64,000 nucleotides of DNA from Octopus bimaculoides (taxonomy: Eukaryota): assembly GCF_001194135.2 (NCBI RefSeq), contig NC_068994.1, positions 4,935,607 to 4,999,606 of the forward strand. The letters run 5' to 3'. The notes below the pieces were generated by a model. The model did not search any database. It saw only the letters and a program-made list of their open reading frames with translations, and was not told where the DNA came from. The position numbers and the translations under genes are program-made. Shown here piece by piece: positions 60,692 through 64,000 of the stretch; the first letter of the stretch is position 1; each line of letters starts with the position of its first letter.

Positions 60692-61619
60692 CAGTGGTTC
60701 TCAACTAGTGTAGATTTTTGAAGGGCCACACAAGCAAAATAGTAAATTGGGGACCCACAGCTTATATTTAGGGTCCATGGTAAAATTTTGTTTGTAATGC
60801 ATATTACAACACAGTACACAAAGTAAATTATCATAGAAAAACAGTTGACAGTAAGTACTACAGGTTCATACTACAAGAAGAAGAAGAAGAAGGAGAAGAA
60901 GAAGAGTGGCCAAATATGATATATATATATATATATATATATACATACACACATACACACACACAAACTCATATACATACATATATATTTTCATGCATTC
61001 ATGCATGTGTGTGCACATATGAATGTATGCATGCATGCCTGTATGTATGTATGTATGTACGTAAATATGTATGCATGCATGTATGTACATNNNNNNNNNN
61101 NNNNNNNNNNNNNNNNNNNNNNNNNNNNNNNNNNNNNNNNNNNNNNNNNNNNNNNNNNNNNNNNNNNNNNNNNNNNNNNNNNNNNNNNNNNNNNNNNNNN
61201 NNNNNNNNNNNNNNNNNNNNNNNNNNNNNNNNNNNNNNNNNNNNNNNNNNNNNNNNNNNNNNNNNNNNNNNNNNNNNNNNNNNNNNNNNNNNNNNNNNNN
61301 NNNNNNNNNNNNNNNNNNNNNNNNNNNNNNNNNNNNNNNNNNNNNNNNNNNNNNNNNNNNNNNNNNNNNNNNNNNNNNNNNNNNNNNNNNNNNNNNNNNN
61401 NNNNNNNNNNNNNNNNNNNNNNNNNNNNNNNNNNNNNNNNNNNNNNNNNNNNNNNNNNNNNNNNNNNNNNNNNNNNNNNNNNNNNNNNNNNNNNNNNNNN
61501 NNNNNNNNNNNNNNNNNNNNNNNNNNNNNNNNNNNNNNNNNNNNNNNNNNNNNNNNNNNNNNNNNNNNNNNNNNNNNNNNNNNNNNNNNNNNNNNNNNNN
61601 NNNNNNNNNNNNNNNNNNN

Positions 61620-61663
<44 letters not shown>

Positions 61664-61941
61664 TATTCAAGTAAAAAATAACATATGATACATTGATAAT
61701 ATATATATATATGTATATACATATGTATCTGTGTGTGTATATATATATGTGTGTGTGTGTATATATATATATGTATATATATTATACATATATATACATC
61801 ATGCACACACACACACATGCACACAAAGCCAATACCTTTTCCTTTGAGGCTGCACACATGCATCTGTAAATATTTCAAAGTAGTACACTTTAAAAGAAAT
61901 TAAATTATATAATTTTATATAAATTCATTTTTTTACCACAT

Positions 61942-62008
<67 letters not shown>

Positions 62009-62304
62009 TGTATATATAATATGCCTACATATAAATGTATTTGTATGTGATTGTGTGTATAAGAGAAAGTGAGTGTATGTGTGCTTAAGCGCTGCTGTCG
62101 CAGTCTGCCTGTGTCCAATCCTACGCGAGTGTATCCCATCACATGTGTGCATACATACATACATACATACATACATACACAACAGACATATGTCCAAATG
62201 CTACTACCATCTCTAAAATAATGTGTTTTTTGAAATTTTGTGCAATGCCTCCCTGAAATATCTCCCTGCGGTTGGGTCCATGACTCACAGTCTAGGAACC
62301 ACTA
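60692..62304. mobile_element. Possible hAT-Charlie-like MITE split by microsatellites
   Basis: Left end CAGTGGTTCTCAAC after gtctacac; right end gggtccatgactcacagtctaggaaccacta. No matching TSD. Confidence 0.3.
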
Positions 62305-62560
62305 CAATTCCTGAATAGCAAAGGGGTGGGGTAGTGATGTGAGGGGCTGGAGAATGTCTCTCCATACACACTGGCATTTTATTTATTCATTCAGTTTATG
62401 TGTTTTTTACTTATTTACTTCATTTTAGTGGAGTTTTTATCCTTGTCTTTGTCACTGTTGTAGTGGTTCTCGTTCATGGAGTTGAGGCTAATGTTTTTAA
62501 ATTTGGAACATATATATTACAGTGATTGAATAGTTGTTCTATATAGGTAGATATATAATT

Positions 62561-62594
<34 letters not shown>

Positions 62595-62595
62595 C

Positions 62596-62636
<41 letters not shown>

Positions 62637-63204
62637 AATATATATATATATACACACATATATATGTATATATATTTACATAAATGTATGAGATATAATT
62701 ATGTGTATGTATATGTATATATATGTATATATATATATATANNNNNNNNNNNNNNNNNNNNNNNNNNNNNNNNNNNNNNNNNNNNNNNNNNNNNNNNNNN
62801 NNNNNNNNNNNNNNNNNNNNNNNNNNNNNNNNNNNNNNNNNNNNNNNNNNNNNNNNNNNNNNNNNNNNNNNNNNNNNNNNNNNNNNNNNNNNNNNNNNNN
62901 NNNNNNNNNNNNNNNNNNNNNNNNNNNNNNNNNNNNNNNNNNNNNNNNNNNNNNNNNNNNNNNNNNNNNNNNNNNNNNNNNNNNNNNNNNNNNNNNNNNN
63001 NNNNNNNNNNNNNNNNNNNNNNNNNNNNNNNNNNNNNNNNNNNNNNNNNNNNNNNNNNNNNNNNNNNNNNNNNNNNNNNNNNNNNNNNNNNNNNNNNNNN
63101 NNNNNNNNNNNNNNNNNNNNNNNNNNNNNNNNNNNNNNNNNNNNNNNNNNNNNNNNNNNNNNNNNNNNNNNNNNNNNNNNNNNNNNNNNNNNNNNNNNNN
63201 NNNN

Positions 63205-63269
<65 letters not shown>

Positions 63270-63799
63270 CATATATATGTATATGTATAATTTGATTTTA
63301 ACAAAGGAACCAGAAGCAGAAAAAGCTACAAAGAATAGCATGTAAATATTAAGTTAAAAGCCCATTTGGAGAGAAGAGGTTAAAGGCTGCCCAAATATAT
63401 ATTATATTATATCATATAATATAACATCATATTGTATTATATTAAATTAAATGTAACCTTTGTCTATTTCTATGATGATTATTATATTGTTCGATCAACT
63501 CAGAGACCTACAATTTGAATTAACTTGCCAACTAGCTTAATATTACACAGAGATATGTATTCTTAATGAGTTCCCAGTGAGACTCAGAAGAACACAGGGT
63601 TCTGGACACTTCAAGCACAATACATTGCAAGGGCCTGTCTACTTGAAGTTCTCACAAGGCTTGGCTTACCCCATGAATTTGCCTCAGATACCAAGCAGTA
63701 GATTGAACCTGGGACCTTATGACTATGATTTGAATTTGTTAAACATCTGGCCATGCTGTGTTCAATATATACATACATATGCTCATACAATGCTACAAC

Positions 63800-63845
<46 letters not shown>

Positions 63846-63963
63846 CTAACATATACACCACACACACATATATAATATGTATATAAAATAAATAGTTATA
63901 CGCAAACAATGATGATGATGATGATGATGATATACATACTTATATACATTCATGCATATAAAC

Positions 63964-64000
<37 letters not shown>

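Overview
AT-rich, microsatellite-dense animal genomic DNA with 12 assembly gaps. It is most likely an octopus (coleoid cephalopod) scaffold; this is inferred from single-exon C2H2 zinc-finger genes in tandem and the SINE/RTE repeat landscape, not from a database search. Only two protein-coding genes are supported, both minus-strand with the CDS in one exon: ZNF-A (6697-9480, 927 aa, 16 C2H2 fingers) and ZNF-B (50175-52241, 688 aa, 12 intact fingers plus 1 degenerate). Both probably have upstream non-coding exons. The rest is tRNA-derived SINEs, decayed LINE pieces (RTE, R4/Dong, Tx1, probably Penelope), MITE-like inverted repeats and simple repeats. Most interesting observations: (1) the His/Ser-rich N-terminus of ZNF-A looks like an in-frame array of about 8-9 fossil zinc fingers that lost their Cys ligands; (2) both genes intersperse fingers with aromatic (YY/HY/FF) recognition helices; (3) both share an AAGC(T)nCTA dual splice-acceptor arrangement, which in ZNF-B could include or skip a 40-codon uORF; (4) two long inverted repeats lie beside the putative promoter of ZNF-A and in the putative intron of ZNF-B. 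I found no wholly new multi-gene system. All alignments and counts were done by eye and repeat boundaries are approximate.
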